64,000 nt of DNA. It comes from Takakia lepidozioides (lineage: Eukaryota > Plantae > Bryophyta). Location: contig CM060731.1 in the NCBI GenBank assembly GCA_030704615.1, positions 35,588,001-35,652,000 on the forward strand, given 5' to 3'. Below are positions 1-13,220 of the stretch, piece after piece. The notes beneath the pieces were generated by a model. The model worked only from the letters and a program-made list of their open reading frames with translations, did no database searches and was not told the DNA's origin. The translations under genes and the position numbers were made by a program. Within the stretch, counting starts at the first letter, position 1. Each line of letters begins with the position of its first letter.

Positions 1-770
1 GCAGTTAAGTACCAGCCGGCAATATATATTCTCAGGAACTGTATATTACACCGAGGAGTGGTAGCCCTCTCTCTCAGGTGATCTGCAGGTTCTGTAGTAC
101 CAGAAGCTGACCTGTAATTATATCACAAGATATATTTGCAAGGTTGTAATGGATTATCGGGAGGATCTCAGTACTCGAAAGCTGTGTTCTAAGGAGAGCA
201 ATCAGAAAGCAGAGCTTCCTGTGTATGATGTTATTGTTATTCCATTGAATGCGAAAATAAACCCATTTCCCTACTGTAGTGATGCAGTACGGGAAGCCCA
301 TTGTTGAGACGACAGTGTGAAGCCTTCAAAGCAGAAAGTAGCACATGTGACATTTCCCAATGCTCTAAGCACTGGTAACAAGCCCTTCCAAGAAGCACTG
401 CACTAAGGATGCTAACAATCACGTCCCCAAGGAATGGCTCCCACTGCATCCTTGTTTTTCAGCATCACTGCACTCCTCACATAAGCAAGCATCATAACTG
501 TTTTACACTGTCCACTGTCCAGAAAATCATATCCATCATGTGTTTTCAGGTTGAAGGCATCTGTGCATTGTCAAGTACTTCATTCCCTGCAACTGCACTG
601 AAGGTAACCCCTGAACAGTCCTAAATGTCCTAAGTTCCCTGTGTGTGATGCAAATGGTACACACACAGGCATTTCAACAGCAAGACATGCAACCTTCTTG
701 AGGGTTGAAAAAATGGAACAAGCGTATCTTTAAGGGGTAAACACTTTTTTCTCCTATGATCTTCAACTCT

Positions 771-3700
771 TTACCCAAAGTTGAATCCCCCTCCAGGGAA
801 ACCTCCCCCACCTCCTTGAAACTGGAAGGTAAATGTCTGACCTCCCCCACCAAAGGGGTTAAAACCAGGGCCACCCCTTTGGGGCTCGTCCAGGTCCTCA
901 CCGCTGTCATATCTACCTCTCTTCTCTTCGTCACCGAGTACCTGTTGCAAGGATTGCAATCATTACTGATGAGCGCAAACATCCACAAGGTGTTACAAAT
1001 TGCATTTTCCTTCCTCATTCTCACACACAAACAGATGGAATATGACCATTTCCACAGGTAGAAGATTGAGACCAAAGCATACAGAGGTTTAGATCCATCC
1101 AGAAGTGGGCTTTTCAAACCATTGGTCATTCCCACAGAACTACCTGGATGTGAAAATTTGGACGTCTTTTAAACCTTGAGTGGCTCTGCTGGTAGATATT
1201 AGGATATTCAACTTGGTTTCCTAGCTTCTTATAGGTCCAGCCTTTTCTTTGCTTCCAATTTCCCATTGGTTGCAGCCTTTTTGGCTCTCAATAACTTTGT
1301 CTTGACACTGCTCTTAGCACTACTTGCCCATTTTGTGCCTTTTGTTTCTGATCTCTTTGTTGACCCATTTAGATTGAGTGCATGGCTTCTGTATCTTCAG
1401 ACATGTCTGTTTGGCTCCATTTTCTTTGTCATAGTATGACCACTTTTCCCTGTCTACAATACAATAAGAGCGACTCTCTGTACCTACTCATCTGGCTCCC
1501 CATCTCATTGGTTTTGTTGACCTGCAGCGGTATGGTCCAGGTTTTCAATTCATCTGCTACCTTTCCTTCTCCTCCCAAAGAAGAGAGACGGAGACAGAAT
1601 GTACTCAGAAGACATTTTTTACCGTAGCCTTGTGACCATAGACCCTGTGCCCTGTTTGGGTGAAACGAAAGGGAACAGACACTACCTTTGTCAGGGTAGT
1701 GGGGCTTACTACGATATGGGAGGTGCAGATATAGAATGTACTCATAAGACGTTGTAGACCCTGTGCCCAGTTTGGGCAGAACAAGAGACAGAGACAGAGA
1801 GTAAGAAAGAAACTTTGAGAGGGAGAGACCTCATAAGCCTCAGCAACTTCCCGAAACCTATTTTCGGCCTCCTCCGTGTTCTCCACATTCTTGTCAGGAT
1901 GCCATTGAAGCGCAAGTTTCTTATACGCACGCTTGATTTCTGCTACTGATGCTGTTTGTGGAACACCCAGCACACTATACCAATCTTTACGTTTGCTCAC
2001 TTTGAGAGCACGCTCTGCTTTCTGGAGCCTCTCTCTGATACCTCCTTCCTACCAGCAACCCCACAGAATATTACAAACAACCATTATCAACGTGAGAGGG
2101 TTGGGCTTACAATTGGATGCATTTTCTTCACGCAAGTTGATCAAAACACTAAATACATAATCTCAACCTTTCGTTTCATCTATCTAACTTCCATGGGCAG
2201 TCCCTTGCCCGACCGGACAAAGCTCATAGTCCTTGGGAGCACGAAAGATACATATGTAATTTGTTTAAAAGACTGAGTTCCCTTCGTTTCATGAAGGAAC
2301 ACAAGTTAAAGAGATGCAAAGTTGAAATAAGCACCAAGTTACAACTAGTATACTGATTGTAATATGAATAAAGCCTCCAGCTTGCTAGTCATGTTTCCAA
2401 TCTGATGTGTTTCATTTGGTAGTCACGAGATTCACAACTAAGACAAGTACCAAAGAGATGGTGGTTGATTTCCTCCTAGATTGTATCAGTATAATGGATA
2501 CACCAACCAATATGATCAAGCATGGGGGAGAAACACCAACCAACTGACCTGCGGGGATTTTTGGACAGCGGACTTGAAGTCAGAAACAGCCCCATCCCAG
2601 TCCTCTACCAACAGCTTTGCCTCACCTCTCTGTATTAGCACCAAAGATTTTATCAGAGATTAACTGTACTGTGGTAAAAGAGGCTCCGAAGAGTGCCCGT
2701 TTTCATTTTTTCCATATCTTCCAATCCTTCCCTCGCATAGCAGACTAAAGAATGAATGGACAAGTTTACACTTCTTTCACTCAAACAGCTGATTTTGTTC
2801 AGATGAAGTATGGGCCCTCCCAACTCACCCCCTCCCCTCTTCTCTTTCTGTCTCTCTATCCCTGCCTTTCCTCCTCACCTCTCCCCACCCACCCCATCCT
2901 CCTCTTCCACGTTAAAGGAAGCAAAAGAAGCTGAAACAGGCACCTGGACAAGAGCCTCAAGTGACTCGCTGTCCAGCTCCAAGACCTCGGAGCAGCGTGC
3001 CAAGGCATCCTTGCCGCGCCCCAGTCTCACCAAGGCCTTGCAAAGGCCGAGATACAACCTCACATTGTGGACAGCATGATCAGGCGCTATCTCCAGCGCT
3101 GCTGTATATTCCTCAACCGCCGTCCGTAACTTACTCTTCTCCAGTGCTTCGTCGGCCTGCAGTATCACATGTTGAACACTCATAAGACGTTTGCCATCGC
3201 TTTGTGGCCAATAACCCCGCGCCCAGTTTGAGCAGAACACAAGGGGACAGAAACTACCTTTGTCAGGGGCTGACGCCAGTAGTATGACTTTCCATCACAT
3301 GTTGAGTAAGGGATATTGAGGAAATTGTGACAACACAGGAGGGCAAAACAATGTTACTTGATTGCACAGGAAACCCATCAAATGCCCTACTTTTACGTTC
3401 CAGATGTGTAGACCTTGTGAACGGTTCAGCCTTGTCCACACTGTGTATCATCAACATGAAGTAGAATGTAACATCATGGGTCTCAGTGGTGCATGAGCTG
3501 ACAGTAAATATAGATATAGGACACATACACTCTTGGTTTTTCTGAGAAGCGCCTTGAGTTTGAAATACTCTTTCTTCAGTTCTCCATGCTCGGGGTCCAA
3601 TCGCAGCCCTGTCTGAAAGTGCCTGCAGTGCAAATATGAACTCTTGATGCTTATAGGGGGTACCGAGAACAGAGACACTTGTCCACAATCACACCCCACC

Positions 3701-6700
3701 AGTAAGCAACACTTGAAGAGCTTTGTACAAATGTGAAAATCTGATACAATGATACAACCTTCACAGCCTAAAAGCGGAGCACTGTACATGTGTAGACTGT
3801 AGACCTGCAGAAAACATTTTTATACATCACACCTACTCCAGCTGTCAATGTAGAGAAGCCCTCGCGGAAAGAGAAAAGAGTATGCCACCCCTAGCCAGTG
3901 GAACTCATTTGCCCAAGAAAAATACTGCCTGAAATAATTACTCTTACATCAGGAGCCAACTGTTCCAAAAGTAAAGAAAACTCTGCAGAAAGAGAAAGAT
4001 ACCTGAGGGCAACATCATGGTCTGCAAGGTAGAAATATGCTTTTCCCCGCAGAAGCAAAGCCTCGAGGTCACTTTCATCAACCTTCAACACGCGCCCCAC
4101 CTCAGTAACCACACCGCTGTAATCCTTGCTCTTCAGCATCAGCCTGGCTCTCAACAACCGTGCCTGCATGTGTCCCTTCCGTGTTATGCCCTTCACATCC
4201 ATTGCCTGTTGTTGGTCTCCTACATGTGTACACACTTACATTTTCCTCCCACTTCAATGTACTACCCAGATTAGTTTGTACAAACTGCCACTGAGACTTC
4301 CACTGTTTTTAGATATCCAGCAAAGATTCCACAATTCCCCATGGCCCCTTGCGGGGATGAAAACCTGGCTGCAAAGGCTTAGATCCAGACCATATTTGCT
4401 CATGGAAAATATTTTTTGAGCCCCGTCAGTACATCTACGTCTCTTCCGCAAGCTCCTGGATTAGGCCAGCCATGTATATGCCACCTTGCAGCATTGCAAT
4501 ATTTAGACCTTGAGAATCTTTCTTATGATGTTGCGAGTCATAAATAAAACTGCTAGACAACTTCATTTATTTTAACACCAACCACCAGAAACACTACAGG
4601 GCTATTAGCTGAAGTAACCTGTGAACACTCTGGAGATGTAAGCAGGACTTTGTCCAGCGCAACTCTGGTACTTGAAAACTCATTAGCATCATAAAACGCC
4701 TTGGCTTGCGATAAAGCAGCTCCAGTTTCTGCTGTCTGGGCCAGCTCTTTTTCAGCACTTGAATGCCCCGGCTTCAACTCCAAAATCTTCCTGAAGTCCC
4801 TCTCTGCCTCCTCAAATCTGCAGCATTGTAAAACTTTTGTATCACAATTTCTTCACAATGGTGTGGCTCGTAATTCTGGACCTAGAAGCTTATCACCTAA
4901 GTGGACTGAATCTCCCTCAATCAGAATACTGACTTCCCCAGAGGCAAGCCTACAAATATAGGAGTTCCACTAGTGTCTTCAACACACACAGGTGTGAAGA
5001 AAACTCTTCATTCATTGGCTTACGAACTACTACTGGGGTAAGACTAAGATGGAGAAGAGGGCTGCCATACCTTCCTATCTGGCGTAAAAGACGAGCCCGA
5101 TGCAGGTAACCTTGCAAAAATGTTCGGTCCACCTCCACTGCCCTATCAAGGTCCAGTAGGGCCTCCAGGTACTTCCGCTGCTGCAGGTAGACTGCAGACC
5201 GTTTAGAGAAGCCTAGGGGGGCTGTGGGATCCAGTTCTGCCAACCCATGCCGACAAAAATGAATGAAATATGTCATGCCTGTAAAATCTTTCCGCTCCTT
5301 CAGCAATTCTCCACCGATCTTCACTGCTGTGCATCCATTGCATACCTTGCTTTTTGTGTGCATTGTTGGCTACACCCACCATCAACTTTTGACATATCAA
5401 CCACAAAGTGTTGCTATACCCGGATCTTTTCATTGAGGCTTTCCAACACATGGGTCTTGACAGAAACAGTAGTCAATACTTGGCCCTGGATGATGTGCTT
5501 GAGGTAATTGATGTGTTCTTCACTTATTTTCTACTGATTTCTAAACCCCAGCACAAGCTTGTGCAGCCCACTCCCTGTTGGGTCAGATGTTGTCTCCACC
5601 CCATGCTGTGCACCTAAGTCCAGTCTGATGGCCAAGAACTTGAGGTCACTAGGTCACTCAAACATCAGCAACTTTCATGCAAGGGAAAACCCTAATACAG
5701 TGTGAATACTGTTGGGACCATGCATAGTGCTCTAAGCTAGATGCAGGCACAGAATACTTTGAGCGTACCTATGAAAGCACTATAATGGCGCAAAGCAACT
5801 GTGAATTCTCCTCGCGACAATGATCCATCACCTGCTTGTAGATGAGAAGCTGCCAACACCCCCACATGTCTTCTTTTCAATAACAGGCAAGCACTAGACT
5901 TCGATACAAGAAATCCCGGTGGACTAAAGAAACCCTCTTCCTCTCCATATCTCCCACGTTTTCATGCAACATAGGTCAACAGTGCAGTCAATTGAGATCA
6001 GGTTTAAAATGGTTGCTTCCTGTCAGGATGCATTGTAGATAGTTTTTCACCTGAAGAAAAAACAGTTACGTTGGACACAGTTGTGAATGGAAATAAGAGC
6101 AGAAATATGTGCATATTGACCATCCCTGCAGATCCTTCCCATCACATTCCGGATCGTGGAGTTCAACCACAAGAAATGTAAAGTGGCAATAGTGCTTGCA
6201 CACAGCTGTTACTGGGAGTTCAAATGTTCATGAAACTCACACCGTAGACAATATATTAGTGTGTGTGTACATATGGGGAGAGAGAAAGAGGGCAGGGACG
6301 AGGGACACCTGCGGACGGTAGGAAGAATACCAAAATATGGCCAAAATTAAATACCCCAGGAGTGGATACGCCCAAATCATGACCTCATTTGGTACTACTT
6401 TAAGTTCCCCAGTAAGGAGCATGCTTGATTCATGAGCACAAATCAGAAACCAAGTGCGCCTCTAGTCCGAAATCGTCAGCATTGTATTGAAAGATAGTGA
6501 ATCCACCTCACTGCGTGAAGAACCAACCCAACCACCGGGTGTCACTAATCTCAATATTCAGGCTCCATTTCTTCACAGTCGATACATCCCCAGTCTACTG
6601 AATACTGACAGTCAAAGAAATTATCCCGAGGCTCCTCAGGATCCACTTCGTCTCGTAAATTAACACGCCCTCCAGGGACAGGGGAGGAAGAAAGCAATTT

Positions 6701-6857
6701 CGAAGGAAAATGGCACGGGACCATGGTTGAAAATCAGCGATAGAGAGAGAAAATGGCAGCCATAGTTACCAGCATCTGATGCAAACGCTTGGAATAGTTG
6801 TAACATCAGCAGACCAGCGATTCCGACCACCCGAAAGAGACCCGACCAACCCATCAT
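771..6857 (-). CDS. P58IPK: DnaJ/TPR ER co-chaperone P58IPK (DNAJC3 homolog), about 10 exons
   Basis: Signal peptide exon [29 protein letters not shown] (6857-6770). TPR exons at about 5832-5769, 5238-5071, 4818-4618, 4162-4002, 3625-3530, 3158-2943 and 2630-2548. J-domain exon about 2040-1829 (KDWYSVLGV...[12 protein letters not shown]). Gly/Phe-rich last exon about 942-771. GT-AG borders. Confidence 0.93.
1596..1790. repeat. About 140-bp interspersed repeat plus a partial tandem copy, in a P58IPK intron
   Basis: gaatgtactca(g/t)aagac...gaccctgtgccc...tttggg occurs at about 1597 and 1733. A related copy lies at 3177-3269. Confidence 0.75.
3177..3269. repeat. Copy of the same repeat family in another P58IPK intron
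   Basis: actcataagacgttt...gcccagtttgagcagaac...actacctttgtcaggg aligns with 1601-1696. Confidence 0.75.
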
Positions 6858-8001
6858 GTTAAGGATTCACGTGTGATCCAGCCAGCAGCAATGGACGCCC
6901 TAAGCCTCACAATTCACACTTGTTTTCCCCCACCTCTTCCTCCTCATCGCCTTGGGGTACCGGTGCCTCCTGCGCGAAAGGATAGACAACCGAATCCACT
7001 GTCCCACCTACCTTTTCGATCCAGAAAACTCTAAGGCGAGGACTGTGGCAAGAGCGAGATCCACTCCACAATGCGAGCACGTCCGTGCCATGTTTGCTGT
7101 CTGCATCCGACGTGAGCTCTTCGTCTCACATTCGTCGCCCTAACTTTATGTCGTGTTGCTCTTTCATACATTTATACATTCATACATACATCTCTTCACT
7201 ATACTGTATGCTGGTATTTGATGCAAACAAAACTCCGGCAGCAGCAGCCGGCATATTGTATTGTAGAGGTCGCTCTATTTCGTCTTTAATTAATTCACTT
7301 TAAGAGAGAACAAATATTTTAAAATTCTGCCCTGTGAGTAGACGAAATATGGGAATAATCTGAACTTTAAAAGATGAACTTTGAAAACAAAAGGTAGCAA
7401 TATGGTAACTCTTAAACGTCAAGTTTGGAAAATAAAATAATAATAATAATAAAGTTTGAGACTTATTAAAAATACTTACCACTAGCCATGACTGTGGCTT
7501 GGCAAGAGAGTTATGGCTAACCATAATTATGACTTGTCAGAGAGAATGTCAACTGTAAGTGAATCTTGACATGGCCCACCTAATTTAATGAAAAAAAGTA
7601 CCCATAGGTGCTGAATTCTTGAAAAATTGGATGAAGCTGAGCGAAATAATTAATATTGTCATTAAGCCTACCGACATGGCGACCTGCATGTATTTAATGA
7701 TTCCGACAGGGGTCCGTCGAAATAGAGCGGCCTCTACAGTAGTAAGTAATAAGCATGGGGGCTCCCAAGGAAGCGTAAACTATGGTGTCTCTTTGGAGCG
7801 TCCCCACTGAACGTTTGTATGGACCCCTACACCCGTATTTCTCATATACATCCCGTGGTAGTGTACCCTCCGCCTTTTGCTAAGTGCCGCGCACTTAGCT
7901 TTTTCCCGTGACCAGGTAGTGTAAACCAATCACTACCCGGTATGTCCCATCGTGACTCTCGCTGACTGGCCTTCATAGCTGTGTCATACTTAGCCGTTAT
8001 C

Positions 8002-9434
8002 ACATGGTAATGACAGTCAACCCCTCACTCACATACACAGTAATTGCACTTGAAGGCCAGCTTCACATATGGTACATATGGTAATGACAATGAGCAGGTC
8101 TAGCATAGCATAATTTAACCCCTCACTCACATATGACAATTGAGAGCTTGGCCTGGCACATCTTGGGGGGCAACAAGAGGAGTGGATGCCTGTTGTGCTG
8201 CTAGGCGCTTCCACAATTTAGTTCTTCTGCCCTGCGCAGTGCAAGATACTCTTCAACCTCTACAGTACCCCTAATGCCCGACATCTGAAAAAAAGAAAGT
8301 GCGCTTGCGCGCTAAGAACTTCCGCTTTTTGTCGTGTGGCTGCAGCCAAATCAGCTGTTGCGGCAATTTGAGCTCTAATTGATCTCTCAAAGCCTTCTCT
8401 TTGTGTTTTTCTTTGGCAGATCGACATCCTTGGGGTTGTGTTGGAAATCTCGGAGGCTTTTGCATATTAGTGGTGTTTTTGTTATCACGGTCGGAGTCGT
8501 CATCAACACGGATAATTTCTTCATCCTTCGTCCTCCCCCTCACGTGGAGCGCGTGGCCACTTCATGGGAGGCGTCCGCCTCACATCCTCACTGCGCATGT
8601 CCGCCCACTGAGGCACTTGGCGAAGAATCAACCAGCAATGGCGGAAGAGGAAATTTTGTTTTTTGGAATGTTTGTCTTTGTACAACTGCATTGCCTTTTT
8701 GATGTTGTCTTCTTCGCTCACTCTGCTCTCCTTCAGTGCAACTATGGCCCCGAATACACCCACCCACTTCGACACATCATGTTTGATGACGCCCCACTTG
8801 CTCTCGAGACTCCTCGCTGGTCTGTCTGCACACCCATCGGGTCTCTTTGCGTTGAAGTGGGAAGTCACACGATCCCAAAAGTTTGCAACTTTTTGACCAT
8901 TTCCAGTCACCGGATCCTGAGAAATTGCCAAAAAACTATGGCATAGTTGCCTCTCCTCGTCAGTGGTGAAGTTCTTGCCCTTCCTTGGCTTTGGAAGCGG
9001 TACTGTTGAAGCTGGAAGGGAAGCAAGAGGTTGAGAGAGATGCTATGACATGTCCATGGTCAGGCTGACTCGGTTCAGGGACGAGTTTAGGGACTGAATA
9101 TCGTGCATGGATTCAGTGAAAGAGAGGCGGATTTAGTGCCCGCCCTCAGCTGCGTATACGGTAGCGGGGCAAAGGTGTGGTACGTTTGGCGGCCATTTTG
9201 AACAATAAGGGATCTTGAAAGCCACTGATACACAAATTATCCATCCATGCTACAAGTGACTGGCAATGAACCCCATATTACATATAGTATTCACAATGAG
9301 CCCTCTTGAAATTATCCATGACTGGTACATGGTAGTGACAGTCAACCCCTCACTAACATACACAGCCATTGCACTTGAAGACCAGATTCACACATGGTAC
9401 AATTGTCACTCACAATATGGTAATCACAATGAGC
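8002..9434. repeat. About 95-110 bp direct repeats flanking the Harbinger Myb remnant
   Basis: acatggta.tgacagtcaacccctcact.acatacacag..attgcacttgaag.ccag.ttcaca.atggtaca at 8002-8095 and 9327-9434. Confidence 0.75.
8271..9057 (-). pseudogene. PIF/Harbinger Myb/SANT-like DNA-binding ORF remnant
   Basis: Reads RKGKNFTTDEERQLCHSFLAISQDPVTGNGQKVANFWDRV...SLESKWGVIKHDVSKW...HCWLILRQVPQW, then shifts frame (about 8530) into PQGCRSAKEK. In-frame TAG five codons into the frame that starts with ATG at 9057. Confidence 0.82.
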
Positions 9435-9599
9435 CAGTCCCAAGTAACATAACAGAAGTACAACAAATCTTTTACATTTATTACACATAATGGTTGTCAC
9501 ATCAAGTTGTTAATCAGCCAAAGCCCCAAAGCACGATGATATGAGAACATGATTGGATTACTACAAATTAGACATACTCACGGAAGTTGTCATTACTAT

Positions 9600-11792
9600 T
9601 GAAAGACCCTGTGTTTCATCATCATCAAAAACAGGTTGTCGTAACGGAGATTGGTGAGGTACAATTCGAGGATTGAATTGGAATTTTGGATGCCATAGCC
9701 TTCACATGGGTGGTAATCCTCGTTGCCATTGCCATCAATAGTGTGATAATCGTGCTGAGACAATTCGCCATCGTAGAAATTGAATCCTTCACTTCGACGC
9801 CTGGGTGGGACGAATGGTTGAGGAGGGTAATGCCTGTTGCTGCAGCTCCGAGGTCGACTATAGTAGGCGGCTGATTCACCGTGGCGAGCTTGAGGAGTCT
9901 TTGGCGGCTTGTTGAAGGACTATTTGGGGTCCTTGAGTGCCGAGATTTGGCAAGCTCTTGGGGCCTTGGTGTACTGTTTGAAGTACCATTGTGCAAGCTT
10001 TGCGAGCCTTAGTGAGATTGTTTGAGGGACATCTTGAGGGCTCTTAGAGAGTTATTTGAGAGATCTTTGAAAGGTCTTGTCTATTGCTTAAGTAAAAGAG
10101 TGTGGAGATAGGGTAGTGGGATGAGATCATGTTGTGACAGGAATTGCTTTAGTCTATCTTCCTTGTAGTCTTCCACTCTTTGTAGGCCAAAACCAAGACA
10201 TGGGAGGCCAAGCTCATATGAGTCAATACATGAGATCCCAAGCTCAAGTTCACAGGTTGCAAGACGGCGACTAACGATGGGGCAACTCTTGCACCCGGCC
10301 TCTTGATCTATCGAGTTTTGAGTGTAGTAGGGATAGTGGTGAAGGACTTAGTGAGGCTATGGTCACTATCACATCTTGTGGCTACCTGGACTTAGAGGGA
10401 CCTAAGCACCAGCTAGGGGGGCGATTGTGTGGACTAGTGACTGCCATAGTGGGCAGCATAGTGGCAGCCTAGTGACTGACTAGTTGTAGCCTAGTGGTTG
10501 GACTAGTGACTGGACTAGTGGTGGACTAGTGGTATACTAGTGTGTGGTGTGCACATGTGTTGTGTGGTTTTGGACAGCGATGTAGTTGTGTATGATATGT
10601 ATGCGCACGACAGCTGTCAAGTTATTTTACCACTAGTGTGAAACTAGCTAGGAAATAGCTAGCTTTTACATATTGACATTTGGGATTGGCCCAAGTGTCA
10701 ATCCAGGGGTCAAGGCAGATTTAGGCCTTGGAGTGGTTATCTTCACGGCAAGCGCGGGAGGCTCATCTTTATCAAGTTGAGCCTCACCGCGCCTAGCTAT
10801 GGCGCCGTAGTGTGGATTCCCCATGGCGTGGGGTGCACTTGGCTTGACTTGTATTTGAGTGATGAGGTTATATATGCATGAGTTTATGCTTCAGATTTGT
10901 GAGCTCGTGCTTGTATTCTTCTTCTTTATCATTGTGTGGACTAGTGACTGCCATAGTGGGCAGCATAGTGGCAGCCGGCAGGAGAGTAGAGGGTAGTGTA
11001 GCAGCAGTGGGCCGTGAACCATGATATCACACGGCCACGGTAGCATAGGCTTTACTAATAGAGGAAGTAGTAAAGGACCGTGGACCGTGTACCACTATGG
11101 CACACGACCAAAAATCACGACCTCTACCACGAGCCATTTTTTGGCAAACCCTTTAGGTTGAGTAGGCAGTTAGGCAACGGTCATTAACGACTGCAGGCTG
11201 TAATGGCTCTTTCGAGCATAGTATAAAAGGGTTGCACGCAACTTAGAAGGTATCAGTGATCAGTGTGTATCCAGTGGACTCAGAGTAAGTCGATGTATAC
11301 TTATGCTATGATGTGATGAACTCTGAAGGAAAGCCATGCTATTCCAAGTATGTCTGTGTAGAGTGAACGTGAGATGGTGAGAATGCGTATCATCTCAAAA
11401 TAGATCTTGTTGTCTTGAATATTGTATGATTGTATGAACAAAGAGGCTCCAGCCTTTCCGACTAAGATCTTTTAGTTGATGAGACTGCGGGTTGGACTTA
11501 ATTAATAAGATTAAGCAACCTGTCGAGATGTTGATTCATACGCCTACCGGGGGGTTAACTATCTTTCAAACGATTACTCTGTAATTGTTTCAGAAGGCAT
11601 ACCGTCGGACAACCTCTGTTGCATGTATTGGGAAATGGGCTGTAGAGTTGAGAGCTTGTTTTGTCTAAGTCATAAACTAGTGGTTAACACCATGTACCAG
11701 TCATGGATAAGGAGCGCTCCTTAAAGGCAGAAGATGCTTCATTTAACTCAAAGGGTTCTGGCTCCTCAAAGGCAGAAGACTCTTCATTTAAC
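9600..11792. mobile_element. Degenerate retroelement/LTR-like sequence, unclassified
   Basis: Perfect 46-bp direct repeat at 10424-10469 and 10931-10976. ACTAGTG-rich tract at 10430-10540. TATA-like gtataaaagg at about 11221 and a Copia-like tttaaca end at about 11792. No recognisable pol domain. Confidence 0.4.
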
Positions 11793-12063
11793 AACATGGA
11801 CCACTTGGCATGTTTTACTGGCTATCGCAGCTCTGATAGTGACATCCGGGGTTTGTAGCCCCAGTAATACTCACCCATTCTAATTACATTTGATAATGGC
11901 CACCGATTGACCTTTGACCTTGCTCGCGGCCACGCTGCTCGCCGGGTCCACCCGGTGGCCATTATCTAATGCATACCACCTCCGAAGTGGTTATGGGTTC
12001 AATCCACCAATTGGTGTCACAAAGGTGTCCACTTTCCTGCCGGAATGCAGTAGCCCTTCCTGC

Positions 12064-12433
12064 TAAGAGCATCCCCACCCTTCTCACTGAAAATGGCCCC
12101 TCTATGCTTATTTTGGAGGGGTTGGTTCAAGACTCTGGAAAGGTGTGTGAAGGGGCTACTCGTAGCCACACCCTTGCCCCTCATTACGCCCATATACCCT
12201 ATGTTCCTAGAGTTCCCAATGACGTTCTTAACACTCTTTATCACGTTCCCCACCTACAGCTTGCCTTCGTCATCCCCGTGTCGCAGCTCTTGTCTTCGGC
12301 ATCCCTCGTTTCTTTCTACACAATATTTTCAGCTATCATGGATGAGTGGAGGCGTGAGGTGAATGATAGATTAGAAGCTGTCATTAGGGAAGAGTTAGAA
12401 GAAGATTCAGACGATTACTTCATGCATATGTGA
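12064..12433 (+). mobile_element. Possible PIF/Harbinger left end with transposase N-terminal remnant
   Basis: TAA followed by GAGCATCCCCA (Tourist/PIF-like TIR start) at 12064-12077, then a short acidic ORF MDEWRREVNDRLEAVIREELEEDSDDYF from 12338. Confidence 0.35.
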
Positions 12434-13014
12434 CAACTCCCTTGACAACTGAAGGGCCAAACCCTGTGAAACGTTAGGTGACAGCTATAATACGACCCCA
12501 TGTCTAATTACGTGCCTATTACCACCACTGAGCTACAACTTGGCTGTCAGCCGGCATATAGGATTTTGGGGGCAGATTATGTATTAGATAATGTCAATGT
12601 GGAGGAGCATTATCAAGAATAATCTGAGTTGGAGGCGAGCTGCGGGAGCAGCGAGTTTGCTGCGAGGACTATTTGAGAGTACTTCGACGAATGGATATTA
12701 TCTTACTTAATATGTTGGTATGGCTATTTGTCATCCAACGTTTCATCCAAAATGGGTTTTCATCCGACGCATAAGGAGGCACCTGCATATGGAGACAATT
12801 ACCGCTAATAATATCATACCTGATTCAGGGAAAAAAATAGCCATACGACTACTAAGCCTTTTTTAAGGCAAATTAGGAAGCGGAAGATCGTCGCTCCACG
12901 TTGCTGGCAGCATTCCTAATTGGCAGTTTGACTCTCCTAATTAGCTGTTTGACTTTTAGCGGCTCATTATGGCCTGCAGCCAATTAGAGGCCTCATAATC
13001 CGCCCCCAAATTTC

Positions 13015-13220
13015 TTTACGCCAGGGGAAGCGCCCGGGCTGCATTATGGCTCCTACACTAGGGCGAGGCGGGTAAATTCCTTTACGCCAGGGAACGGGCC
13101 CGCCATATGGCTCCCAATGAGTCACTAGGGGGAGGCCCGTAAATTCGTTTACGCAAGGGAAAGAGCCCCCTAGGGCGCATTATGGCTCCTAGTGAGTCAC
13201 TAAGGCGAGGCCGGTAGTTC
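13015..13220. repeat. Three degenerate tandem units of about 66-73 bp
   Basis: Units start tttacgc(c/a)aggg at 13015, 13081 and 13148 and share tatggctcc and cacta(g/a)gg.gaggc. A further motif copy lies at about 13462. Confidence 0.7.

Noticed and set aside
9043-9045. In-frame TAG rescued by U-to-C editing or read-through
   Set aside because: Such editing is organellar. This is a nuclear transposon remnant with an additional frameshift, so C-to-T decay explains it.
11969-12337. 154-aa ORF as a host gene
   Set aside because: It crosses a probable transposon terminus and has no domain. Only its last 31 codons look coding.
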